Assembly (NCBI GenBank): GCA_963801165.1
Contig: CAWDDT010000010.1
Span: 233,045 to 297,044 of the forward strand
Direction of reading: 5' to 3'
DNA: 64,000 nucleotides
Origin: an uncultured bacterium
GTDB taxonomy: Bacteria; Actinomycetota; Acidimicrobiia; Spongiisociales; UBA5794
Below the pieces are notes generated by a model. The model worked only from the letters and a program-made list of their open reading frames with translations, had not been told where the DNA came from and made no database searches. The position numbers and the translations under genes were made by a program. Below are positions 10,012-21,042 of the stretch, one piece after another (position 1 is the first letter of the stretch; every line of letters starts with the position of its first letter).

Positions 10012-13000
10012 TCACTTCCGGTAGCTGAGGCCCCGGTATCCGGTGACGAATCCGGCCGCAAGGAGTGCGGCGGAATAGGGCGAGCTGTGTGCCGACTCGC
10101 TGTTGATCTTGTTGATGGATGTCTGTTTGCTACGCCATTTGGCTACCTCGATGAGACCCGAGGCGAGCAGATCGGGATCGGTGTTCCAGGTCAGCACCGA
10201 CCGGGCGCCGCGATCGACGAATGCGGCGAGCCTGCCGTCGGTGAGGATGACGTAGGCGCCCGCATGGCGGCCGGGCGACCCGACCTCATGGTCGGGCCAG
10301 GGGACCGCACCGCCGTACGGGTTTGCCGGGTCGGCGGCCGCGAGGACGTCGATGCCGCGCGATTCGCGATCACGTAACCGGTCGATTGCACCCGGCAGCC
10401 CGAATTGTGCTCCGCCGAGACCCTCGACGAAGTACCCACGCCGGACCCGGCCGGTGTCCTCCATCGCGGCGAGGACCGGGTAGAGACCGGCGAAACCGCC
10501 GGGTATGCCCTCGGCGAGGACGGCGGTGCGGGTGACCACCCCGTGACGCTCGAGTAGCTGCTCGGCGACCGCCTTGGCCCGCAACTCGGGTGAGAGTGGT
10601 GCTGTCTCGTCCCACAGGCTGGCCACCAGATACCAACGCCCGGAGGCGGCAGGAGGGACGGAGAGACGGAGGTTCGGCCTAGGCGTGCTGCGCCGTGTCT
10701 TCGCTCCGGTGAAGGCGCGGCATGGGTGCATAGGTGTCGTTGGTGACCTCGCCGGACCAGACGAGATCCCAAAGAGCGTCGATGACCGGCTGCATTTCCC
10801 CGCCGCCGGCCGCGGCATAGATGTCACCGAAGAAGGAAGCGCCCCGGGAAGAGAGGTGTGCCCGGACCAGCTCATGGATCGTCTCGGAGGGTCGATCGCC
10901 CGTGGGTGGTTCGAACAACAGCCCGGCGTGGTCGCGGTAGTACAGAGCGACCTTGCCGTCGCTCGTGCCGAGCGGCCCCGCACCGATCCAGACGAGCTCG
11001 CCGGACGCCAACATGAGGTCGAGCTCACCGGGGTTGTAATCCATCCGGGCTGCCAGCACGTCCTCTTCGAGGATCGAGGCGGGTACCGGTCGACCTTGTA
11101 GTGATCGGATCGCCTCGGGGAGCCGGACCGGGGCCGGGCCGTGGGTGCCGATGCGGTGCCACGCCGGGAGGAACGAACCGAGCCGGTCGGTGTCGACGGC
11201 TTCGATCTCCTTGCGCAGCGCGGCGAGTGAGCGGCGCCGGAGCCTGCGCAGCACGTCGAGGTCGACCCATTCGGTGCCGACGCCACCCGGCTGATACGCC
11301 CCCGCCGCCACCCGGTTGTCGCGTTCGAGACGACGAAGCACTTCGACGACGGCCGCCTCGGGGAGACCCAGGTCGGTTGCGATCTGATGCGACGTGAATG
11401 GGGCGTGGGTCCGGGCGTACCGGCCGACCACGTCGCCGAGCGGGTCGGTGACGGGCTCGAGCAGCGCTTCGGGGATCCCGGGAGGCGGTTGTACGCCCAG
11501 CGCGTCCCGGAGTCGGGCGACGTCCTCGACGGCGGCCCACCGTTGCTCTCGGCGGACACGGACGGCGACGATGCGTCGGGTCGCGGTCAGCTCGTCGATC
11601 CACTCGCCAACGGCCTTCGTGTCGGTGGATCGGGCTTGCAGCTCTTCGGTCGACAACGGGCCGAGGGTACGCAGGACGTCGGTGACGGCGTCGGGCCCCC
11701 GCACGTGACGATCCTCTGCGAGGTGCTGTAGCTCGAGCTCCACCTCACTGATCACCGCCGGGTCGAGCAGATCCCGGAATTGCGGGTCGCCGAGAAGCTC
11801 CTGGAGAAGATGCCGGTCGAGGGTCAGTGCGGCGGCACGCTTCTCTGCGAGCGGTGCGTCGTACTCGTACATGTAAGAGGCGATGAAGTCGAACATGAGC
11901 GACGTGGCGAAAGGGCTCGGGCCTTCGAGGTCGACCTCGCTGACCCGGGTCGTGCGGCGGGCGATGTCGGTGAGCAGCCGCCGCAGCCCCGGTAGATCGA
12001 AGTAGTCCTGGAGCACCTCCCGGTATGTCTCGAGAACGATGGGGAATGCAGGGAACCGTCTGGCGACGTCCATCAGGTCGGACGCCTTGCGCCGCTGCAG
12101 CCAAAGGGGCGTGCGGCTGCCCGGTCTCCGTCTTGGCAGCAGCAGGGCACGCGCCGCCGCTTCCCGGAACCGGGAGGCAAACAGAGCGCTGTGCCCCGTT
12201 TCCTCGAGCACCAACTCGTCGATGTCCTCAGGCGCGATCACGAGCTCGGTTGTGGCGGGCCGGTCGTCGAGGTCGGGGAAGCGGAGGATGATGCCGTCGT
12301 CGGACCAGACGACATCTGCCTCGACCCCGTGGGTCTCGCGGTAGCGGCGCCGGGCGGCCAGCGCCCACGGGGCATGCACCCGGGCTCCGAACGGCGTGAG
12401 CACAACCATGCGCCAGTCGCCGATCTCGTCGCGGAACCGTTCGATGACGATGCTCTTGTCGGTGGGAAGAACGCCGGTGGCGGTGCGCTCTTCCTCCAGG
12501 AATGAGGCGAGGTTGTTCGCTGCCCACGGATCCAGCCGGTACTCGTCACGGAGCGTGGTGGCCGCGTCCTCGGGCTTCATCCGGCCGAGTTTGCGGATGA
12601 AGCCACCGACGGCCTCGCCGAGCTCGGCTGGACGGCCGGGACCGTCGCCGTGCCAGAAGGGGAGCTTGGCTCCGGGCTGGCCCGGTGCGGGCGCAACCAC
12701 CACGCGGTCACGCGTCACCTCGGAGATCTTCCAGGACGAGGAGCCGAGCACGAAGGTGTCGCCGACACGGCTCTCGTACACCATCTCCTCGTCGAGCTCA
12801 CCTATCCGGCCGCCGTCGGGGAGAACCACCGTGTACAGGCCCCGGTCCGGGATGGTTCCCGCGTTGGTGACGGCGAGCAGTTTGGCATTGCCGCGCGGTG
12901 CCAGCGTGTTGGCCACCCGATCCCACACGATCCTGGGTCGCAGCTCTGCAAATTCGTCCGACGGGTACCGGCCGGCGAGCATGTCGAGAACCGCCTCGAA

Positions 13001-14392
13001 GGAGGCACGGGTGAGGTGCCGGTAGGGAAGGGTGCGCCTCACGAGGTCAAACACCGTGTCGACCTCCAGCTCCTCGACGGCAACCATGGCCACGATCTGC
13101 TGAGCGAGCACATCGAGTGGGTTCTGCGGGATCACCGTGTGCTCGATCTCGCCCCGGTACATCCGCTCGACAACGACGGCCGTCTCGAGCAGGTCGCCGC
13201 GGTGCTTGGGAAAGACCCGCGCTCGGGAGGGTGCACCAACCTGATGGCCGGCGCGGCCCGCCCGTTGTAGGCCCCGGGCGACTGATGCGGGCGATTCCAC
13301 CATGACGACCAGATCGACTGCGGCCATGTCTATGCCCAGCTCGAGTGTCGAGGTGGCGACCACACCGCGCAGTTCCCCGCTCTTGAGCCTGCTCTCGATC
13401 TCGACCCTCTGTTCCCGGGACACCGACCCGTGGTGTGACTGCACCAGCTCTTCGCCGGCGAGCCGGTTGAGCTCTGCCGCCAGACGCTCGGCGAGCCCGC
13501 GGCTGTTCACAAACAGAAGGGTCGAAGTGTGCTCGAGAACGAGATCGAGGAGCTTCGGGTACACGGCAGGCCAGATCGACTTGCGTTCGGGGTGCTCACC
13601 GACGGGATCGGGGGGACCGGTCTCCTCGGGTCGGGTCATATCCTCGACCGGGACGACGATCTCGACCTCGAGCTGCTTCTCCCAGGGAGCGTCGACAACC
13701 GTCACCGGCCGGGCCCGCCAGTCCGATTCCGGTGTTTCCCGTACCCCGCCGCCGAGGAACTCGGCTATGGCTGCCAGCGGGCGTTGTGTCGCCGACAACC
13801 CGATACGCTGCGGCGGGCTCTCGGTGAGAGCGGAGAGCCGCTCGAGGGTCAGCGCCAGGTGGCTGCCTCGTTTGGTGGCGGCGACCGAGTGGATCTCGTC
13901 GACGATGACATACTCGACCGACGCCAGCATCTCGCGTGCTTGCGAGGTGAGCATCAGGTAGAGGGACTCGGGCGTGGTGATCAGGATGTCGGGTGGGTGG
14001 CGGAGCATGGCGGTACGCGCGGCAGGTGGTGTGTCGCCGGTTCGCATCGCAGTCGTTATCCGGGGCGGTTCGACGCCGAGTTGTGCGGCGGCGAGATGAA
14101 TGCCGGCGAGCGGGGCACGCAGGTTGCGCTCGATGTCGTAGGCGAGTGCCTTCATCGGTGAGACGTACAGCACCCGGCACCGTTCTCGCTCCGGTGGGAT
14201 GGGCTCGACGGTCAGCCGGTCGATCGCCCACAGGAAGGCGGCCAGCGTCTTGCCCGACCCGGTGGGGGCGTGGATCAAAGTGTGCTCGCCCCGTGCGATT
14301 GCTTCCCAGCCCTCGCTCTGGGCCCGGGTAGGCGCGGCAAATGAGGCCTCGAACCAGGCCCGGGTCGCAGGTGAGAACCGATGCAGCGCCAT
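10012..14392 (-). pseudogene. lhr: Long Lhr-family DEAD/H helicase with a +1 frameshift near 10720 (pseudogene, truncated form or sequence error)
   Basis: APTGSGKT, DEIH, SAT, QRAGRAGH in ORF 10679-14392; the C-terminal part (LLERHGVVTR, RRGYFVEGLGGAQF, DPANPYG) is in ORF 10012-11559. Confidence 0.85.
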
Positions 14393-14400
14393 CAGATGTC

Positions 14401-14422
14401 AGGGTACCCGGTGCTTGCGACA
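14401..14422 (-). promoter_or_regulatory. PafBC/RecA-NDp-type DNA damage promoter for lhr
   Basis: Minus strand TGTCGC-N10-TACCCT, 8 nt before ATG. Confidence 0.7.
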
Positions 14423-14445
14423 TGAACCGCCGAGCTGTCTGGAAG

Positions 14446-14552
14446 CAGCTGGAGAGAATGACAAAACCGACTTAGGCACAGGGCGCGGGTAAGACGGTCC
14501 AGTAACTGGGGAAAATGACAAAATCGACTTACGCGCACAGTCGCGCGTAAGA
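14446..14552. repeat. Two degenerate tandem copies (57-bp period) ending in a palindrome
   Basis: AATGACAAAA(C/T)CGACTTA at 14457 and 14514; second copy has CTTACGCGC-acagtc-GCGCGTAAG. Confidence 0.7.
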
Positions 14553-14614
14553 ACCGGGGTTCCGTCTCTCGGGCAGGGGATCTGGCCAAGCCGATGGCCA
14601 TATGATGGCTTGCT

Positions 14615-14656
14615 CGATAGCCGATAGCCTGATGAAGCCCGACCTGTCGGCTATCG
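14615..14656. terminator. Inverted repeat, possible terminator for the small minus-strand gene
   Basis: CGATAGCCGATAG ... CTGTCGGCTATCG, 13-bp stem with one mismatch. Confidence 0.4.
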
Positions 14657-14694
14657 CGTCGACGGAATGAGGTACCTCGATCAGGTGTTGGGAG

Positions 14695-14979
14695 TCAGCG
14701 TGTGGAATCGGCCTTACGACGCTCGCTCAAGCGGTGTCTTCTCGCACCGGGGCGTGAGTCGTACGTTGTGGAACCCGGGCCTCGGTGCGTGGGGGCGTCG
14801 ATAGGGTTCCCGTCGGTGTCGACGATTTCCTCGTACTCGCCACTGAGGGAGACGGCTTCGTTCTCATCATCCATTGTTTGCACATCATCCGTGCAGGGTG
14901 GGGAGGCAACTCTGATCAGCGCCATGGCGAACAGAAGACCGGCGGTGTATACGCCGGCGATGATATGCCACACGTGCAT
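14695..14979 (-). CDS. Small hypothetical membrane protein
   Basis: GGAGG SD before ATG, one N-terminal hydrophobic helix, acidic tail. Confidence 0.5.
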   Translation of the reverse strand: MHVWHIIAGVYTAGLLFAMALIRVASPPCTDDVQTMDDENEAVSLSGEYEEIVDTDGNPIDAPTHRGPGSTTYDSRPGARRHRLSERRKADSTR

Positions 14980-15199
14980 GGAGCCTCCATCGTGCCCATC
15001 GGCCCCTTTGCCCCAAATCTGTAGTGCAAGAGTGTGCTTTCTTGCATTGCTCCCTGTGCGTACCAATGATCGCCAGTGCTTCATGGTTCGGATACGGGTC
15101 TGTTGTCCTTGTCGGTAGGGCCTCTATGCCTCACCGGAGGTCGTCGGATTCCGGGGTGTCTTCGGCTTGAATCAAAGCTGAAGCTCTGGAGGATCATCC

Positions 15200-15829
15200 A
15201 TGGATATTGCGGTCAATCTCGTCGAGAACTATCTGCGGCTCACCGGCTACATGACGTTGAGTGAGTTCGAGGTGCAGCGGCGTGACAAGGACGGTCGGTT
15301 CAAGTCGGTGACCGACATCGACATCATGGGGATCCGGTTTCCCGGTGACGTCTACCTGGGCGACCCGCGCGGGGCCGCCGACTACGAGATGCTGCTCATC
15401 GACGATCCGGTGCTCGAGCACGAGGACAACACGATCGATGTGATCGTCGGTGAGGTTAAGCAGGGCCAGGCTGAGTTCAACCCCGGCATCAAGGACCATG
15501 GGGTACTCCACTCGATGTTGCGCCGGGTCGAGTGGGTCTACGACGTCGGTGTCAACGATGTTATCGACGGGCTGCAGCGGGAGGGCCTGCACCGGACGCC
15601 CAGCAAGGGCGGTGCGATCGTGCGCACCCGCCTGGTCGCATTCGGGCGTAGCTCGCACTCGAACCTCAACACGATCTCGATCAGCCACATCGTGACGACG
15701 ATGCTCGAGTTCTTCGAGAAGCACGAGGATGCATTCCGGCCCATCCAGTTCCGAGAACCGGCGCCCGCCCTGCTCAGCCTGCTGTTGAAATCGGGGTTCG
15801 ACGTCAACAAGACGAGGGGGGCGAACTGA
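15200..15829 (+). CDS. Conserved hypothetical protein, probable PD-(D/E)XK nuclease fold
   Basis: N-terminal helix with E, TDIDIMG and GEVK; GGAGG SD. Confidence 0.6.
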   Translation: MDIAVNLVENYLRLTGYMTLSEFEVQRRDKDGRFKSVTDIDIMGIRFPGDVYLGDPRGAADYEMLLIDDPVLEHEDNTIDVIVGEVKQGQAEFNPGIKDHGVLHSMLRRVEWVYDVGVNDVIDGLQREGLHRTPSKGGAIVRTRLVAFGRSSHSNLNTISISHIVTTMLEFFEKHEDAFRPIQFREPAPALLSLLLKSGFDVNKTRGAN

Positions 15830-15930
15830 AGGCGTGAACCTCGGAGTGCGGTTTCGATTCTTGGTGAGGGTGCCCGCTGCGGGTCCCCGCGAGGGAGAGG
15901 GAGATGCAGGAGATCAGCGAGGACCGCCGA

Positions 15931-17127
15931 ATGAAACCAAACAGACCCCACAGCAAACGGTCATCTGTGTGGCGACGCTCTTTCACGACGGTTTCACTTG
16001 TGAGCGGAGCACTCGTCGTGGGGGTACTGGCGCTCCTCATCCTCGGCGCGTTCGTCCCCGGCATCCCCGTCGTGGGTCTCTTCGGATCGATCGTCTCAGG
16101 CGTCGTCGGCTGGATGGCTCTCATCTTGGTGGTGGCACTCGGCGTGGCCGTGTGGCTGCTCGTCCGGAGGCGGAATGCCTGGCGTATCGCGGTGACCGGT
16201 GTCATAGCCCTCGCTGTGATCGGCAGCGTCACGATGACGATCCGCCTCGTGACGGTTGGCACCCAATACGGTGTCTCCGTCAATCCTCTGGCGGGTTCTC
16301 CCACGACCACACTCCCCGACGAAACTGCGCAGTACTCCGAGTACGACGGTGAGCCACTGACCGTTGCCATCTGGAGACCCAAAGGGCAGGTTGCTTCGGG
16401 TGACGCCCCCGTAGCGCTGTTCGCCCACGGCGGCGGCTGGAGCGAAGGCACCAACATCGACGACAACTCCGGTGTCAAGCAGGATCTGGCCGATCGCGGC
16501 TGGCTGGTGGTCAGCGTCGAGTACACATTGTCGTCACCCACCCATCCCACATGGGACCTGGCCGAGGCACAGATCGGGTGTGCGATGATCTGGGCATCCG
16601 AGAACGCTGGCAGCTACGGCGCCGACGCATCCCGCCTGGTCGTTCTCGGCGATTCCGCAGGCGGCAACCTCGCCATCAACGCGAGCAGCCGGGCGAACGC
16701 GGGCGCTCTCACCCCGTCGTGCGACGGAGACATCCCCAGGGTGTCGGCTGTCGCTACCGTCTACCCGGGCGTCGACCCGTACGGTCTCTACGCGCGAACC
16801 ATCCCGCTGGGTGGAGAACCGGGCAGGAACCCCATCACCCAGTACATCGGCGGCACTCCAGACGAGTTCCCCGAGCGCTACAAGGCTGTCGCTTCTTCGA
16901 CGTACATCAGCTCGATGATGCCCCCGACACTCGTCATCCAGGGTACAAACGACCACCTCGTCGATCCCGGGAGGGTCTACGACTTTGTGGACCAGGCGAG
17001 AGATGCCGGAGCCGACATCGAGCTTGTCCTCATCCCCTACGCGGATCACGTCTTCGACGCCTCCCCCATCGGGGCGCAGCTCTACAAAGGGATCACCCTC
17101 AACTGGCTAGAGGACCACGGCTTCTGA
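15931..17127 (+). CDS. Membrane-anchored alpha/beta hydrolase (HSL-like esterase)
   Basis: Three N-terminal TM helices, HGGGW, GDSAGG, NDHLV, ADHVFD. Confidence 0.85.
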   Translation: MKPNRPHSKRSSVWRRSFTTVSLVSGALVVGVLALLILGAFVPGIPVVGLFGSIVSGVVGWMALILVVALGVAVWLLVRRRNAWRIAVTGVIALAVIGSVTMTIRLVTVGTQYGVSVNPLAGSPTTTLPDETAQYSEYDGEPLTVAIWRPKGQVASGDAPVALFAHGGGWSEGTNIDDNSGVKQDLADRGWLVVSVEYTLSSPTHPTWDLAEAQIGCAMIWASENAGSYGADASRLVVLGDSAGGNLAINASSRANAGALTPSCDGDIPRVSAVATVYPGVDPYGLYARTIPLGGEPGRNPITQYIGGTPDEFPERYKAVASSTYISSMMPPTLVIQGTNDHLVDPGRVYDFVDQARDAGADIELVLIPYADHVFDASPIGAQLYKGITLNWLEDHGF

Positions 17128-17219
17128 GACCTAACGTGGTCGGGGGTTGCGCCCGTTCTACGCCCGGTCCACAGGGGGCCGGCGAGTTCGAGCGCGGGTC
17201 GCACGACTGACGACTCGTG

Positions 17220-17981
17220 TCAGTAGGTGCGGACGACCTTGATGGCGGCCTCGGCCTTCTCACCCTCGGTCTTTAGCGAGCTAGCGGCAGAGTCCATACG
17301 ATGAACCGCGATCCGGCACCATTCCCCCGCGATGCCTTTGATGATGTCGGTGGCGTCCTCGGGGCCGTAGACCCAGCGGGAGTAGCTCGGTCCCATCAGC
17401 TCCAACCGAATGCCGCCCTCTGGGAACTCCTCGCCGGCCTCGGCAAATGCATACGGGAGCATGCGATGAGCCAGCCAGGCGACGTGACGGATGCGTGATG
17501 TGTCGGCGGTCGGGTCGTCTTCTTCATCGTAGGTGAGCCGCCCCTCCATTGCGTCTTTGATGTCCAGACCGTGCGCCCAGGTCTCCATCAGACGCAATGT
17601 GGCATAGGCGCGGGCGCTCATGTCGCCGCTGAACCAGGGGACCCGGTCGCCGCCGTCCATACGCGAGAGCGCATCGACGACGTCGGCGCGGCTGTTGCGC
17701 CACCATTCGATCACCTGCTGGTAGCGCATCTTGCGACCCTCTTTGACCCCCCGCGCGGTCCACTCGTCAATGTCGTCCTTGTTCACACGAGAAACGACCT
17801 TTTTCCCGTCGGCAAGCACCTCGGCGGCGAAGCGTTCGGAGTAGGCGAGGTGGCTCACCGTGTCCTTGATGCTCCAGCCGGGCGCAGAAGTCGGCAGATT
17901 CCACTGCCGCTCGTTGATCCGTTGCAGGAACTGGTCGAGGGATTGTTGCTCAGCTACGAGGTCAGAGAGTATCTCACGCAT
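17220..17981 (-). CDS. Maleylpyruvate isomerase family mycothiol-dependent metalloenzyme
   Basis: PGWSIKDTVSHL, RLMETWAHGLD. Confidence 0.85.
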   Translation of the reverse strand: MREILSDLVAEQQSLDQFLQRINERQWNLPTSAPGWSIKDTVSHLAYSERFAAEVLADGKKVVSRVNKDDIDEWTARGVKEGRKMRYQQVIEWWRNSRADVVDALSRMDGGDRVPWFSGDMSARAYATLRLMETWAHGLDIKDAMEGRLTYDEEDDPTADTSRIRHVAWLAHRMLPYAFAEAGEEFPEGGIRLELMGPSYSRWVYGPEDATDIIKGIAGEWCRIAVHRMDSAASSLKTEGEKAEAAIKVVRTY

Positions 17982-18005
17982 CAGGACCGCATTTTACTGC
18001 GCCCC

Positions 18006-19073
18006 CTATGCGGGTGAATCCTCCGCGGCGGCATTGAGCTGATCGACCATCAATCGGAGCTTTCCGAGGTGACGTCGATCGAAGTGGAGACGGATCCTCG
18101 GCAGGTCGACGTGGTCGTCGGTGCGGATCTCGGCGGGGGTTGCGGCGATCTTTTCGATCCTGCCTTTTACGAGGATGTCGCCGAACTCGTCGTTGAGACG
18201 CTCGATCAAGGCGACCGACGGCTCATGCTTGAGACGGAGGACCAGCTTTCCGTCCACATAGCGTTGCGAGTGGTAGTTGTTGTAGAAGCGTCTGATCTCG
18301 TCGGCGGCCTCTTCAGCGTTGTTGGTGTAGGTGAACAGGCTCAGGTCGTCCGGGGCGATCATGCCCTGATCTCGCAGCGTCTCGACGAAGTCGAACCACT
18401 CTTTCCAGTACCCGGTTCCCTCGGCCTCCATCAACACGATCGGATGCATGTCCGACTTCCCGGTTTGGGTGAGCGTCAGCAGCTCGAACGTCTCGTCCTG
18501 GGTGCCAAACCCACCTGGAAACACGGCAAACGCGTCGGATTCCTTGACGAAGACGAGTTTTCTGGTGAAGAAGTACTTGAAGTTGATGAGCCGGCTCTCG
18601 TGTACGTACGGGTTGGCGTCGGCTTCGAAGGGGAGCCGGATATTGACCCCGAATCCGTAGTCACTGCCGGCGCCGCGATTGCCGGCCTCCATGATCCCGG
18701 GGCCGGCTCCGGTGATGACCATCCACTGGTAGCCGTCCGCCATCAGGTTGGCGAACTCTCCCGCCAGCTGGTAGTTGGGGCTACCGGGAGCGGTACGAGC
18801 CGAGCCGTAGACGGTCACCTTCGGTGTCTCCGTGTAACGGGAGAACACCATGAATGAGTAGCGCAGCTCCTTGAGCGCGCTATTGACGATCTTGAGATCT
18901 CCGCGGTCGGTGTCGTCGCGGTGCATCTTGATGATCGAGACGATCATCTCGCGAATGAGATCATCGTCGTGGTCGTGGCCGGCGTGGCCGGCGACCGCGT
19001 CGCTGACGAGGGCGGCCAGCTGATCGTCCAGTTCTTTGTTACCCAGGTGATAGTTCCGCATCAGGCTCCGCAT
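18006..19073 (-). CDS. LOG family (TIGR00730) nucleotide phosphoribohydrolase
   Basis: GSART, TGAGPGIMEA, FFTRK, PGGFGTQDE. Confidence 0.9.
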   Translation of the reverse strand: MRSLMRNYHLGNKELDDQLAALVSDAVAGHAGHDHDDDLIREMIVSIIKMHRDDTDRGDLKIVNSALKELRYSFMVFSRYTETPKVTVYGSARTAPGSPNYQLAGEFANLMADGYQWMVITGAGPGIMEAGNRGAGSDYGFGVNIRLPFEADANPYVHESRLINFKYFFTRKLVFVKESDAFAVFPGGFGTQDETFELLTLTQTGKSDMHPIVLMEAEGTGYWKEWFDFVETLRDQGMIAPDDLSLFTYTNNAEEAADEIRRFYNNYHSQRYVDGKLVLRLKHEPSVALIERLNDEFGDILVKGRIEKIAATPAEIRTDDHVDLPRIRLHFDRRHLGKLRLMVDQLNAAAEDSPA

Positions 19074-19124
19074 GGCCCGGCACCGACGTGTACCGGACTG
19101 TCGACGCTACTACCGTCCGTGTCT

Positions 19125-19763
19125 ATGCGCCATGTGATCTGGGACTGGAATGGCACGCTTGTCGACGACCTCCACGTCGTCGTAGATGCCGTCAACGTAT
19201 CTCTCGCCGGGTTCGGTGCGGGCCCGATCGACGCCGACGACTATCGGGACCACTACACCCGTCCGGTACGTGTCTTTTACGACCGATTGCTGAACCGCGC
19301 CGTCACCGATGACGAGTGGCGCCGCATCGACACGACGTTTCACACCAACTACTCGAACGGGCTACACCGGGTAGCTCTGACCGAAGATGCCGAAGCGGCG
19401 ATCCGGGCGGTGAAAGCGGCGGGGGCCACCCAGTCGATCCTCTCGATGTGGTGGCAAGAGGACCTGGTTCCCGAGGTGAGACGGCACGGGCTGGACGACA
19501 TCATGGTTCGTATCGACGGCAATACGCTCGAAGGGGGCGAAACGAAAGCAGCGCTGCTCGAGATGCATCTCAGCCATCTGCCCGCCCGCAGCGAACCGGT
19601 GCTGATCGGCGACGCCACCGACGATGCCCATGCGGCGGCCTCCGCAGGGATTCCGGCCGTCATCTACGACGGCGGGAGCCACCATCGTGAGTTGCTCGAG
19701 TCGCTCGGCGTCCCGGTTGTCGGCACCCTGACGGAAGCGGTGATGGTGGGTCTGGCGCTATGA
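19125..19763 (+). CDS. HAD family hydrolase
   Basis: WDWNGTL, IGDATDD. Confidence 0.85.
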   Translation: MRHVIWDWNGTLVDDLHVVVDAVNVSLAGFGAGPIDADDYRDHYTRPVRVFYDRLLNRAVTDDEWRRIDTTFHTNYSNGLHRVALTEDAEAAIRAVKAAGATQSILSMWWQEDLVPEVRRHGLDDIMVRIDGNTLEGGETKAALLEMHLSHLPARSEPVLIGDATDDAHAAASAGIPAVIYDGGSHHRELLESLGVPVVGTLTEAVMVGLAL

Positions 19764-19800
19764 CGACGTTACGATCGTTCAGCTGCGCCGGGGGTAACCC

Positions 19801-20460
19801 GTGATCCTCGCGGACAAGTGCTTGATCCTCCACATGCCCAAGACAGGCGGTGTGTTCATCCGCATGCTTCTCGAGAAGCACTACGGGGACGCCGTGCAGC
19901 TCGCAACGGGGAAGGGGTTCGACGATCCGAGCGCTCCGTGGGCCCAGCACCATTCGATCGACGACGTCCCGGCGGAGTTCCGCAGCCTCCCCGCGTTTGG
20001 GTTCGTCCGGAACCCGTGGGATTGGTATGTCTCGTGGTTCCACTTCTTCATGTCCTATCCGCACCGGCCCCCGCACTTTGTCACCGTCTCGCACGACAAG
20101 ACCCTCGACTTCGCCGGCTTCATGACCAGCCTGTACAGCTATCCCGAGGACTCGCCCGAGTACCTGTACAACAGCTTCTCCGCCGAGTATTACCGGATCT
20201 TCGGTTGCAACGAGGCCGTACCCCGTAACCCGGTCATCGAGATGGGGCGCTACGAGACAGTGCACGACGATCTGCACGCGTTCTTGGCCCGCGTCGGAGT
20301 CGATCGGGAATGCCTCGACGATATCGAGGGGTTCCGCCGGATGAACCCGAGCCCGCACCGCCATTACTCGACCTATTACACCGACGAGGTTGTCGACCAG
20401 GTCTACCGCCACAACCGCGCCGTGATCGACGAGTTCGGGTATAGGTTCGATCCGGCGTAG
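19801..20460 (+). CDS. Sulfotransferase family 2-like protein
   Basis: HMPKTGG, FVRNPWDWYVS, GRYE, FGYRF. Confidence 0.75.
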   Translation: MILADKCLILHMPKTGGVFIRMLLEKHYGDAVQLATGKGFDDPSAPWAQHHSIDDVPAEFRSLPAFGFVRNPWDWYVSWFHFFMSYPHRPPHFVTVSHDKTLDFAGFMTSLYSYPEDSPEYLYNSFSAEYYRIFGCNEAVPRNPVIEMGRYETVHDDLHAFLARVGVDRECLDDIEGFRRMNPSPHRHYSTYYTDEVVDQVYRHNRAVIDEFGYRFDPA

Positions 20461-20527
20461 ACCACGCCGGCATTCCGCCGGGGTCTACGCAAGAAACGCA
20501 TGCGGGCGATGTCACCGGCCCGCGGTG

Positions 20528-21013
20528 CTAATCGCGGTAGTTGATGTACTGGAGGGGGAGGCGGAAGTCCAGGTCGCGGAGCAGTTGGATGACCTCCTGG
20601 AGGTCGTCCCGCTTCTTGCCCTGCACCCGCAACTGGTCGGCCTGGACCTGGACCTGCACCTTCAACTTCGAGTCGCGAATGAGTTTCGACAACTCCTTGG
20701 CGGCGTCCTGTGGAATGCCCTGGCTCAGGGTGAAGAGTGTCTGTGATCTGCCACCCGCGGCCGGTTTGATCTCTCCACCTGCGATGGATTTGAGCGACAC
20801 CTTGCGTTTGACGAGACGGCCCTTGAGGACGTCGATAGCGGCCTCCAACCTGCTGTCGGCGTTGGATTCGAGCGAGATGCCCTCGTCGGTCAGCCCGACC
20901 TTGGTGTCGGTGCCCTTGAAGTCGTAGCGGTTGGTGATCTCGCGTACCGCCTGGTCGACCGCGTTGCGGACTTCCTGCATGTCTACCTGGGAAACGATGT
21001 CGAATGAAGGCAT
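20528..21013 (-). CDS. yajQ: YajQ family nucleotide/c-di-GMP-binding protein
   Basis: MPSFDIVS, NRYDFKG, GKKRDDLQ, LQYINYRD. Confidence 0.95.
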   Translation of the reverse strand: MPSFDIVSQVDMQEVRNAVDQAVREITNRYDFKGTDTKVGLTDEGISLESNADSRLEAAIDVLKGRLVKRKVSLKSIAGGEIKPAAGGRSQTLFTLSQGIPQDAAKELSKLIRDSKLKVQVQVQADQLRVQGKKRDDLQEVIQLLRDLDFRLPLQYINYRD

Positions 21014-21042
21014 GACGTGACCTTAGTGCTCCGTACCGCCGC

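Noticed and set aside
10679-10730. Programmed frameshift in lhr
   Set aside because: No slippery sequence or stimulator; similar lone extra bases at 56767 and near 56931 suggest indel errors or decay
14628-14660. CTGATGA followed by a stem, hammerhead-like
   Set aside because: The required GAAA after stem II is absent
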